From Epiperipatus broadwayi (lineage: Eukaryota; Animalia; Onychophora): 64,000 nt of DNA. Under the pieces are notes generated by a model. The model saw only the letters and a list, made by a program, of their open reading frames with translations. It did no database searches and had not been told where the DNA came from. This document shows positions 1-11,784 of this stretch, piece after piece (positions within the stretch are counted from its first letter, which is position 1; the number at the start of each line of letters is the position of its first letter). The stretch is from assembly GCA_028023455.1 (NCBI GenBank), contig JAQFVV010000008.1:17670001-17734000 (forward strand), written 5' to 3'. Both the position numbers and the translations under genes were made by a program.

Positions 1-95
1 TGTCCTTCATATCAAACATCTTTTCTATATCGATTACATAATTATTTAAGGTTGACTCTTAATTCTTTTCTAGAACCTCATCATACAATATATAT

Positions 96-2191
96 TATAA
101 CGATCGAAATGAAAGTGAAGATCGAATCTAACCGCAAACACAAAATCTGCTCTACAAGGGCGCCATCTAGGCATTTGAGCCTAGAAAAATTTATAAAGTA
201 GGCAGATACGCGCTGTTAAGATTCCACTTTATTTAAATATTCCGATCGTTAGCCCAAGTCACTAGCTCAGTGGAGTAGCAGAGATAACAAAATATAAATT
301 TTATATCTGAAATATAAAAGAATAAAAGCCACTGCCAGAAATTAACACATAAAAATATTTATTTACGCACATATAAAACAATATTTAAATTTTGAGGAAT
401 AAATTTAACGTTTATATTTTTATATTGATCTTTAATTCTAAATTTAAATAGATTGCAAATAATGAGTTTACTATTTATTTAGAGGGTCGAGTATGAATAG
501 ACTACATAGGTCTGCATTTGAAAAGAAAATATTCTTCCCTGATTTAACCTTAGGCAACAAATTTCGCAATCAACTGGCGCCAATCCATCTGATACATTCA
601 TGTATTCAATGTAGCATGATACGACAACACAAAATACTATACTGTCAGGAATGTACATCTGAACAATAAGTAGAAATAGAGAAGACATTGACTCTCCACC
701 AACAGGAATGTGACATCTGTTGGCAAGTAGAACAATAAAAAAAAAAAACTCCATAGGAATGGACTGCGGTCTTCTGCCGACTTACAAACCCATCCATAGG
801 CAAACAGAGGGTGTGTGGCGTATATCTATAATCCTGCCCGTAGCGGACCTCATACTACATCTACAATTACACAAATATATCCAATCCATTGAACCAATTC
901 AACTACGAAATGAATAACCTAAGATTACCCTCCCTTAATATAACTTTACAAACTATATAGCCATTCACGCCCGACTTAAATTTAACATTTTAGATACGTT
1001 CGCACAAATGCATTTTATAAAATTTGTTTTAAAATGTTGAGTACAGATCAGCTGCACAGATTCCACGGTCAAAAACATTCCAAATTCAACACAACCGATC
1101 AAAATACAAAGTCATCAATAAACGTCACTTGCATAGGGAATATACAAATCCCATTAGCATTCATCGTAAGATGCTTGCAGTGATATCGTTGACATATGTT
1201 CTAATCGAATGTGAAAACCACAACATTATCAACCGCTAACGAATCTATGCAACGTCTATACCCAACTTTAAATGTAATGCATTTAATAATTTCTACAATA
1301 AATATTACTACAAATAAAAATAATAAAATGGAAATGATTTTATCAAAACTTAACTATATAAATTTAAACAATCAATTATTAATTTGAAAATCAAATAAGA
1401 GTTCATTTTAAAATTTAAATTAGCTGAATCTTTAAAAATCAATGACAAAAGTTCTTAATTACTTTTTTTTTTGGTTGTTATTAATTTGTAAAGTTCATAG
1501 CTCGACGGTAGAAGAGTCCAGGTGTCTGCTTTTAATTCCTGCGACGTCTCCATTGGAAGATAATGTTCTGGAGGTAGCATTAGCTGGTTCCATTCTGGTA
1601 TCACAGTCTTTTCATTTTATTTTTTTTTTAAAACAAACAAAAAAATGAGAGAGAACGGCAAGTGCGTCTTACCGTTGTCATCAAATCAAGTTGGAAAACT
1701 GACTGGAACTCAATATTTTTTCTTTTTATAGTCCTCCTATGGATTCCATGAACAAAAACGTCACTGTTCTGTTTTTTCGTTATGGTCCGGGCCTTTATTT
1801 GCTTCCATTGGTCAAGCTAAAATCTCTTTCTTCTCTTATCTAACTTTTCATCTGCCTTTTTAATTAAACAGCTTTTAGATAATTAATAAACAATCATTTC
1901 CATTTATAGATTACAGGAATTAATTAATATCTGTTTTTATTTTAACTTACGTTAATTTTTTATTAAAATATTTTTATATTTCAATCTTGTATTTTTTTAT
2001 TAAAAAAAATACGTTCAAATACTTTTTTTTTTTTGTTTATGAAAAAAAAATATTTTTAAAGTTTAGCATTTGTGCGAATATATATACGTTTAACAATATT
2101 TTAATTTTAGCGTTTAGTTTTTTCCTTTTATTTGCGAACTTTTAAGTTTTTATTTTAAATTAATGTAACGACATATTTATATATCGCTACA
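96..2191 (-). mobile_element. Solo-LTR-like element, copy 1 (~2.1 kb; probable Gypsy-type LTR)
   Basis: Termini TATAACGA (96) and TCGCTACA (2191) form an imperfect inverted pair, flanked by ATAT on both sides (92-95, 2192-2195). Homologous along its length to 15765-17936. CCAAT (1807-1811) and TATAAAA (1724-1730) lie in promoter order on the minus strand. No recognisable ORF. Confidence 0.7.
1724..1811 (-). promoter_or_regulatory. LTR-type Pol II promoter (CCAAT box then TATA box) in element copy 1
   Basis: Minus strand reads TTGACCAATGG ... GGACTATAAAAAGAG. An equivalent arrangement is present in copy 2. Confidence 0.45.
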
Positions 2192-2888
2192 ATATATACT
2201 AGTTCTCATGGACATTAGTGAAACTTTTAATTTTTTAACAACTTATTTTAAATTTTGTATTAAAATATTTCAAATTTCATTTGCCTATTGTTCTGATTAA
2301 CTTATATGTACAATATTTTAGTATCATATTGCATTGCCATGTTTTATATCAAATGCACTAAATTTCAACAAATTCTCTTGTATATAAATATATAAAACCT
2401 CGATTTTAAAAGCTTTTTCTGTTTATAAATTTTAATCTGGTAAATAGTTATAATATTTAATTGTGTGTAAATAAACTTTTTCAATATAAAGCAAGAAATA
2501 AATCAGGAATTTAAATTATTTACTAAATATAAGAGAATACAGATTAATTAATGAAATAATGTAAAAGAAATAACCAAATCTAAAATTTAATGAAAAGAAT
2601 TGAACTTCACTGTTTATTTTTTATACATTCTTAAACCTTTGATTAAATATCATTTGTAAAAGTGAATATAAGTTTTCATCAGTTGTTTTAGATTTTTATT
2701 TAGATTATATGTATATTTCTTTGTTCTGATGCTAATCCTGGTGTTTGTATGCAAACTTGACTTTTATCCCCTTCTCTCCGCAATTATTTTTCTGTATTTA
2801 ATTTATTGCACATACAAATAATTTTAGGTACTTTTAGAATATAGTTGTATGTTTTCTTGTAAATATAGATGTTTATTTTCTTTTATAG

Positions 2889-3033
2889 GATTAAAAACTT
2901 ACTCTAATTGGCCAACATATCCTCAACTTTATGTTAATGGTGAATTAGTAGGAGGTGTAGACATTGTTAAAGAAATGGCTGTAAATGGAGAATTGGAAAA
3001 ATTATTTCCAAAAAAAGAAAAACTAGAAGACAG
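2889..3033 (+). CDS. GLRX3: Glutaredoxin-3 (PICOT) internal exon, end of first Grx domain
   Basis: Acceptor TTTTATAG| and donor AG|GTTTGT. Encodes (G)[47 protein letters not shown](R), containing the monothiol Grx signature [16 protein letters not shown]. The upstream exons lie before the window. Confidence 0.95.
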
Positions 3034-3399
3034 GTTTGTATTCTAAATATATCATTTTAAAGAAAATTTTATTTTTTTATTATTTTGTGAAAAATGATTT
3101 ATGGTGTGACAACTTTTGAATGATAGCAGTTCAGTGTTAATTGTCTATAAATTAACATAATGTTGCTAAAGTTTAATTTTTTAATCAGTTAAACATTTGC
3201 TTTTTTTAAAAAATGGATTTAACAATAGTGATAATCTATTTATTTGTTTTTACCATAAACTGAAATATATAACTGAATTAGATATATATGTGCAGTACTT
3301 ATATTTATATTATATATGTAAACTAATTAGTAAATGGGAATTCTGTTATCTGAATGAAGTTGAATCCACAGCCAATGTGTATTGATGTGCAGGAACCAA

Positions 3400-4330
3400 C
3401 TGTACTAGCTGAAAGTAAACAATAACAAACCTATCCAAGCTACTACTAATCGTAAGAAGACTTCTTGATCAGTCACTCATGTTGTTATGCATGAGCCAAT
3501 AGCTGGACTTGCTAATGGGAGTGTTAATTTCAGTTGGAATGATAGGTTGTGGTATTTCAGTAAAGATTTTATTAAGAGGTTTAGATGTTAGAATATTTGA
3601 TGAAGGATATATTCTACTTTACATGGACCATAGTGATCATATAGGTAGTGTATATATATATATTATAAGTTTCTTGTATAAGGATTTCATCTTGTAAAAC
3701 ATAGTAATGTAAAATATCAATTAATTTATATTTTTCAAGCATCTCTTGAATTTTAATATATTTTGGATGATTGATTGGGAGTTTTTTTTCTAAATATAAA
3801 ATAATATTTAGGTAGTATGGATCATTTCTCTGTTCAGCATTTAAATTTTTCAGGTCATCTTCCACTGAACTGTTTATTGCTAAAGATAAAGCAAGAACAA
3901 AAGCATCTTTTACTAAAGGATATTTTGCAGTGGCCTTGACAGGATTGCAGTTAAGAATGTTAGCAACTGTATTTTCTGAATCGGGACCCTAAATGATGCT
4001 ATATTTAAATTTTTGTAGAAAAAGACTAATGAATGAGCCGTCCATTGTTTAAATAACTTCTATTTAAAAACTATACATTTTTGTGATCAGTAATAACAAT
4101 GACTTTAGAACCCAATAAAAATTGTTTAAACTTATTAAAAGTCCAAACAATGGCTAACGTCTCTTTCTGTTATACTGTAATTCAATTTGGTATTTCTTAA
4201 TGCTTTCCTAATAAAATATAACATCTGGGGTTATTGAAAGTGATTAATTTGAAAGAGTACAATTCCCAAACCATATCCACTCTATTTGATTGAATGTAAA
4301 AAGATGTATTAAAGTCTGAAATTTATTCTT
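3400..4330 (-). mobile_element. Degraded Gypsy/Ty3 pol fragment (RNase H to start of integrase region)
   Basis: Minus-strand translation across frameshifts: NYSITER..LAIVWTFNKFKQFLLGSKVIVITDHK (about 4190-4082), GPDSENTVANILNCNP (GxxNxVADxLSR-like), then LNAEQRNDPYYLNIILYLEK (ORF 3614-3865). Confidence 0.9.
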
Positions 4331-4774
4331 GAGTATTTGCAAATGGTTTTGCTGTTGATCATTCTATTTTCATTTTTGGTCTTTCAGCAAAATCATGTGT
4401 TTAGTTTGTTTTTTCATGTTAATCCTATTGTTTTGTTTTCTTTTTTTTTTTGATGTTTTTAAAAAAAATAATTATAAATCATCAAATCCTTGATAAAGTT
4501 AAAAACAGCTTGTATGCACCCATATTGTTTTCTGTATTTTTTAATTACCTCTAGTTTACTTATTTTTTGTTTGTGTGTGTGTGTCCATTTTATTACAAAC
4601 TTAATAATACATTTTAAATTAACAAATACAATAACAAATATAAATCCTTTATAATTACATATACATAAGTATATATTTATATATTTTTTTATTAAATATA
4701 ACTTTTGATACATTTTATTACTGCTGAATATGCTATTTGCAAAAATATCTCATCATCATCATCATCAAATGAGC

Positions 4775-4900
4775 ACTTAGATATCACTCTATTGAATATA
4801 ACGGGACGATCTAGCATTGTACTATTTATGTGTGTTTCAAACCCAACGATTGGCTGCACCAGATATAACGAGATGGAATATATATATATCTGTGGCTCAT
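4775..4900 (+). mobile_element. Penelope-like RT C-terminal relic
   Basis: LDITL...SNP.RLAA.RYN across frameshifts resembles the PLE motif LDITIYRKPT...SNHP..HKLAAxRY. Shares CCAGATATAACG and flanking similarity with 24060-24270. Confidence 0.4.
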
Positions 4901-5377
4901 GCCCAACACATGATTTTGAAATGTCAACTATTTAACTATGGTCGCCTGCTTGGTCTTCATGTAAGGGCATTACACATGATAGGGCAAATCACTTATTTGA
5001 TGATTTATCTAAGTTTTAGGAAGTGTTTTCATGATGATTAATGATTGGGTGGGGTGGGGTTTACACTTGCACAACTTTGCTTACTTCACCTCTTGATTCT
5101 CGTTGTGCCAGAATATATATATTCTCAGGGAGAATATATATATATGTACTTTATTTCAAGGTATGATTATTCCATATCTGATATGTACATTGAATATGTG
5201 TAAGTGTGATTAATTGGAAAATAGAAGAATCAAACAACTAATTTGATTTAATATTTAACAAATTGATTTTGATGATGATTGCTATTCATAATTCTTTATA
5301 ACAAAGTGGTGTACGTATTTAACGTTTAATGATTGCATGGGTATGATCATTCTTCGTTTTTATTCATTAACCATTTA

Positions 5378-5460
5378 TTAACCCATAATCCCTATGAAGG
5401 ATGGCCATTCCCCATTCCAATTTATATTAACCTATAATCCCTATGAAGGATGTTCATTCC
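5378..5460. repeat. Short tandem duplication (48-bp period, about 1.7 copies)
   Basis: ATTAACC(C/T)ATAATCCCTATGAAGGATG at 5378 and 5426. Confidence 0.85.
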
Positions 5461-7051
5461 AGTTTAACAAACTTAAATTTACATCGAAGACAATTTTAAA
5501 ACTATATTTTAACAATTAATTCTTTGCTGATTAAAATTCCATGAAATCATTAGGTCATTAATTTCTACCCTGCCTGTCTATATTTCGGGATCTGTTGAGA
5601 GTTGCTTATAGATCCTGAGCCCTCTCCTATTCTGGCATCATATAGATCTATGATGGGTTAGACCAATCATTCAAAGGTTAGTCATATATTCTGAATAACA
5701 AATAATTAATAATTAAGTTAATTGAACACAAACATTGAGCATAAAAAATATTGTAATTATCAAAGTATGAGTGCTTAATATTAGATAAGATTAAAGTCTC
5801 ACCTTTCAAGTTAGTAGACCGATTTACCAATTGGCAAGCAAGTCAGGAGTCTGCCCCTACATTTTATTATTAAAATAAAAATAAAATAGAATTGATAGCT
5901 CCCCTCCCTTTAGAATAATTGGAGGTTGGATGAATTGACTGTCTTTCAAAAGAAAGAAACCAATTTAATAAACAAAATAAGAATAAAAAATATATATAAA
6001 AATATAATTTGGGATGTTAATCTAGCATAGTCTAGCCATAGTTTAAAGTCTTGTAATCCACATTGTAAAATGTGTGAGTATCCTTGCTCTTAGAAAAGTT
6101 CCTTTACATGAAATGAATGGTAGTCCATTGGATAATCTTCGGTTGCTATCTGGGTCTTCATATTGATGACTCAGACTCTTATATATTATCTTTCCTATGC
6201 TGAGATCATTTCTTTGTTTGATTGTAGCATGTTGTAGATCTTTTATTATTGTGGTTGTCAAGATATTAATTTGAAATGATGAATCATATCAGAAACTCTT
6301 GGTTGTATGACAAGCAGCTCCATCCCCATGATGTTTCATCACTTCTTAGCCACGCATGCTTTGTTCTTTTCTAGCTTATAACTTGTGTTAAAAACATAAA
6401 CTTTATAGAATTAAGGTGGATCCTTTAATCAACTTCCTCAAATTGCAATAATAGTGGTTTATGAACTTCAATATTAAGGATAGTAAATGTGACAAATAAA
6501 TTGACTTTAAGAATGTATCAAGTATCTTTTCTTGATGATATAATTAATTTGCCTTTTTTTCTTAAGAAGAATGAAAGTGTTCTATCTTGTCTTATGTTTT
6601 TATTTTTAGATTATGAGTTTCAAGTTTGTGCTTTGCTTTCATTGTTATCTTTTTATAATTTTATGCTATATCAATGATAATAATAATAAAAAACAATTTA
6701 ACATTAATAATTTCTTTCCTTTGTTTTTTGAGATTTTTACTTGCTTACATTTAAGGGTTTGGTATACATATAAATTAGTATTGTCAATATTATAATTTTA
6801 ACGGATAATTTTACACAAACATATTAACTTATAATCAATAATATGCTTTTGATTGTGCTGGTAGATTCAGTCTTTATGATGTATGTGTGAGTGGTAATTT
6901 TTGTGTGGTAGGTTTAATGTATCCTCACAATATATATATATATAGTTTTTAAAAATAGTTATCAATTGACTATTATTGTACAAGAAGATTTAAAAATATT
7001 TTTTTTATAATTGAGTTATAAGATTATCTTCCTTGTTCTAATTTTATATAG

Positions 7052-7162
7052 GTTGAAAGTTTTGGTTAATAAAGCACCAGTAATGCTATTTATGAAAGGC
7101 AATGCAAAAATGCCTCGTTGTGGTTTCAGCAAGCAGATTATAGAAATTATGAATGACACAAG
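7052..7162 (+). CDS. GLRX3: Glutaredoxin-3 exon, N-terminal half of last Grx domain with CGFS active site
   Basis: Acceptor TTTTATATAG| and donor AG|GTATTT; 111 nt, phase 2 to phase 2. Encodes (R)[36 protein letters not shown](S). Confidence 0.96.
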
Positions 7163-9894
7163 GTATTTATTTTCATTGTCATTATCAAATTTTTTTTTTA
7201 ATCAATAATTTTGATGTTATAATTTCACTTATGTAATTATTTTTTATATCAAATTAAATTTCAATAAGTTGTTTAAATTGTCAAGAAACTTATAAATAAG
7301 TATCACATTTTTTGAAAATTGATTTACAAAGCCCTTTTTTTTTTCAATTCAGAAAATAAAAATGAAGCATTAAGCTAGAGCATTGAATTTTGTTTTAAGT
7401 TGCAAAGTTGTTTTTTTTTAATTAAATAATTTTGAAACATGTCTGTGCAAGAAAATAAAATACATTTTAAAAATATATTTAAAATTAAAAAATATAAAAA
7501 TTAGATCAAGATTTGAATTATTTAAATTTTGCTTTAAAAATAATATAAGTATATTCTTTATAATTGAATTGATAATAAAGTTATTCTTTTTTCATTAGGT
7601 TAATTTAAATGGCACCAAATAATTCAATTAATCTTCTTAAAAAAATTTTTCTGAATCCGTGCATAAAAGATCTATTCCCATTTGTAAAGTTTTGAATTGT
7701 TGTTGATCATCATTAGAATTAATAATTTTAAATATAATATTTATATCTTTTGTTTTCTAAAATAGCGATTTACTTTAATTGATTACTAATTAATGATAAT
7801 TTGGTGGAACCCATTTGCTATAAGGTTGAAATACAACAGGTATTGTTTCTTATCCGTTTAAGTTTTGATAGAAATTAATAAATTTATTGATTCATTTTAT
7901 TCTTTTAAACTGTTTTGTGTGATTCGGTACAATTTTAGAGCAGCAGACCCAAAAGCTAAAGATTCCTGGCTCAAATATCATGGTACCATTTCCATTGTTC
8001 AAACATCACACGATAAAGTAATATAATTAATTGAATGATTAATCATTTGATTATATTATCATTATTTTCTTTTCTTTTTTAATTAATATTTTCTATAATG
8101 TTGCTCCAAGTTCACTGCCACATGTACTATATTGTCTATTTATGAATGTAGTAGAAGATACATGGTGTTAAAAATAAACTATTGTATGTTTCATAAAATT
8201 AACATAGCATAGAAAATAGTAAAGCAGACAAAATATACATTTTTAAAGTTATTAATTTTGAATTCATTCATAAATTGTTAATTTTACTATCTAAATTTTA
8301 AAATAGTAATTTTGATAATAAGATTAATAAAATATTGATAAAATTTGATTAAAAGATATGTAATAGTACTCACTGATCATATATTATGACAGTCTTTTTT
8401 ATGATAATATCAGAATTTTCTGATTTCATTTTCAAGTCATGACCCACATAAGAAGAACCTATGTTTAGGGGGATGTCTTTTTTTTTCCCTAAAAAAATAA
8501 ATATTAGATTATGTAATAATTTATTTTCAAATGCTTATATAATAATGATATTAAGAAATTATAATCCAAAATTGCAAGTATGCGTAAAATAACACATATA
8601 TAAAACCACACACATATTTGTATATGCTTTTTACAAATATATATTTCATAGATTTCACACAAACATATTTATATGCTAATTAACTTTTATATATTGAAAC
8701 AGACATGTTGTTTTACATATATATTTTAAAGATTTCTTTCCCTCCCCAGTTAAAGTAGTTAAAAATAAAAATAAAACTGATGAGGTTCAGTAAATAAAAA
8801 TTTAAATAAAGAAGCAAGTGACAGTGAATTAAAATTACTTTTCCAATTGTGTTATAAAAATAAATAAAAAAAAGGGAGTAAAATAGAAAATATAAAAGAA
8901 GTATTTAATTAATAAATCTTTATCATTAATTGATAAATCTTCAATTTAAAATATAGCAGATATGATTTATTTTAGAGCTATATGTTTTTAGATTTAAATG
9001 TAAAAACACTTAAAGATAGCATCACTTTCTTGTCTTGGGCTTTTAATCAGTTGTTTTTTAAAAATATGTTAAGTAGATGAAAAAATGCAGGAAGCAGAAG
9101 AAATAAAAGGAGCAGCTTAATTAGATAAGTCAGTTACTGTGACAGTTACAGTACAATCGGTTATTAGGATGGAAACCTGTTGAAAATTGTAGTCATTGCT
9201 ACGCAATTTATTTTTTTTGGAATTCTAAAATAACCAAGTTGGAAACCACAGTTATCATCAACAGAAGAAAACTTTTTAATTACTGGATAACTGAATAATG
9301 GAAAGGCGAAATATTAATTTGGAAAACTCCAGTATGAGTGAGTAGAAAGCAGTTTTTTCTCTCTTCAACCATGTGAAAAGCCCAGGAAAATCTGAAAACA
9401 TGGCCAATTAACAGCAGCAGTAATTCAGTGTGCCATTCGGTCCAAGTCAGCCCTTTCTTGATGTGAAGATTTAAATATCAACGTAAGGAAAATTTAGATA
9501 CATTTATAATATTTAAATATATTTTGAAAACGTATTTATTGAAATAATTAACGTATAAAATAAAATACAATTATTCAAATGATTGATTTATCAAATGAAA
9601 CATAAGAAAATGAAGTTGTTAAAGAATGTTTTTAAAGAATAATAATTATACTGATTTTAAGAACTTAAGAATATTGATTTAAAAATAAATGAAAAATATA
9701 ATATGTGAGTTAAATCAAAGATATATTTATGTATATGTGAATACAGGATTTGTAATGCTTTGATAGAAAAATTAAATTGAATATATATGAACAGGGATTA
9801 GATATGCCTTTATAATACACAGATTAAAAATGCTTCTATGTAAATATTAAATTGAATGAATGTGTTTCTACTTCAAATATACACCTGTATCAAA

Positions 9895-10212
9895 GATGAA
9901 TTAAACAAATGAATAACTCAAATCTACAAACATGAATTCAAGAATTAATCTTTTAATATAAATGAATGACTTGAACCTACATCCATACGTTTTGATTAAA
10001 GATGAATTAAATAAATGAATGATTTAAATCTACAAATCTGAATTAGAGAATTAATCTTATAATATAAATGAATGATATGAACCTACATCCATACACTTGG
10101 ATTAAAGATGAATTAAGTAAATAAATGACTTAAATCTACAAATCTGAATTAGAGAATTAATATTTTAATATAAGTGAATGACTTGAATTTATATCCACAT
10201 ACCCGGATCCCA
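9895..10212. repeat. Tandem repeat, 106-bp unit x3
   Basis: GATGAA unit start at 9895, 10001, 10107 and 10213. Shared internal AAATCTACAAA...GAATTAAT...ATCCA. Confidence 0.9.
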
Positions 10213-11784
10213 GATGAATGACCGAGATTTACATCTAGATACCACAATCAAGGATGAATATTTTGTACAGAACTTATAGTTGAAGGACTTATTGCACCAA
10301 TCATTGATGATTATGAAAAGAATAATTAAATGTAAATCAAACTGACCTAGGAACATATGCGTATATAGAAAAATGTCAATCCAAAGATGAACTGTCAATA
10401 ACTTTTGTTGTCAAATAAATAAATCATTGTTATCTAAAACTAATCTATCTAGTCAATTTCATTTCACATCATTCATCATTTATTGCATCTGTTTACAAGA
10501 ATCTTATGCCTCCTGAGTTATGTTTGGCATAACCAGATCTGAATAAATAAGTAAGGTTGTGGTAAGCAGGAACTCTAGTGGCGCCGTTTGGGAAACCAAA
10601 CAAATTTTCTAGATGTTTCCAGTCTCTTGAATGCTATAACCTCTGGTGAGCAGAAAATATTGTTGTAGGGTGGTAAGATAAACATTGGGTAATGCCAATC
10701 TTTGTTTTCATCATGCAATATGCTCATCAGGAAATAGTTACAACCGATTATATAGGTTGGTAGGTGATCTGGTTACAATATATATAGTAATAAATAATTT
10801 TTGTGAAAAACTTGAAATAATTTATATCAGAATGTTTCTCACTTTTTTTAAAAATGTTTTTCTCATATAAATTTTTGGATGGTTTTTTTTTTCTATTAAA
10901 AAAAAAAACTATATTAGCTAAATAGATGTGTCATATGCAAGCTTAGTACAAACAGTTTTTTTTTTTTTTTGTCGAAGAGAATAATGAAACTTAAGATCCT
11001 AAACAAATCATAAATATATATATATTTAAAAATGTTAATAATATTTCACTAATATAGGAAGCAATTTTATCATCTCTTTATTTACTTATAATCAAATGGA
11101 AAATTCTTGAATTTCTTTTGTTCCCACAGTATTTTAGATACATCACTAAAAATCTTTATATTCTTTTATAGTTATTAAATCCATTATCATTCATTGATAG
11201 TTTTAGTCTATTAATAGTAGTGATATTGCTATCTTAATATAGGTTTTGTTTACATCTATTTAGCCCAGATCTTAATATAATTTCATATTTTCTTCATTAC
11301 TCTAGCATAACATTTTCATCTCATATGTCTCAAATTTACCCCCCCCCCTCACCCTTTTGCAATTCAGCTTTGTAACATGAATCATTTCAGGTGATTAACA
11401 AAATATAATATTGTTCAGTTAATATTAAAAAATTTTAATAAAATGTTAGGATAGTATAAGTGAAAAATTTTAAGTATATAATTAGGTTATAACTATTAAA
11501 TATTTGATAATTTGTAACATCTGGATAAAATTGAGGATAGTGGGCTTTTGAATTTTTGTGATAACTAGACTAATTATTTTAGCATGAATTCTGATCCACT
11601 TAAGCACAATTTTTATTTAATCTTGAATGCAAACACTTAAAGAAAACCAAAGAGAAAAACTAATCAGTAAATGTTATTTATTTTTTTATCATTAATGTAA
11701 AAAGATGATGTGCCAATATAGTATTTAAACTGATATAGTTTTATCAATATATATTTAATATTTGTAAAATCTATATTTGTGTTA

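Noticed and set aside
2164-2202. Helitron interpretation of the 2.1-kb repeat (hairpin followed by CTAG-T)
   Set aside because: CTAG is not present at the equivalent position in copy 2, whereas the ATAT duplication and paired termini are present in both.
4860-5030. DIRS-type RNase H reading (HVRALHMIG..N..D.LSK)
   Set aside because: It needs several frameshifts. The adjoining sequence and its relative at 24.1 kb fit Penelope RT motifs better.
5500-6400. Possible Gypsy RT continuing the 3400-4330 relic (VDYKTLN on the minus strand)
   Set aside because: There is only one short motif. No LPFG or YxDD could be found.
9150-9480. WD40-like peptide fragments (SWKPQ...LITG...GEILIWKT) and a donor AAC|GTAAGG
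   Set aside because: They require frameshifts and contain stops, with no acceptor or coherent exon.
10579-10595. TGGCGCCGTTTGGG as an LTR primer-binding site
   Set aside because: It is not preceded by a CA-ending LTR, and no gag follows.
10700-10735. Minus-strand CTGATGA...GAAA hammerhead-like string
   Set aside because: Stem II does not close next to GAAA, and no stem I or III pairing is evident.
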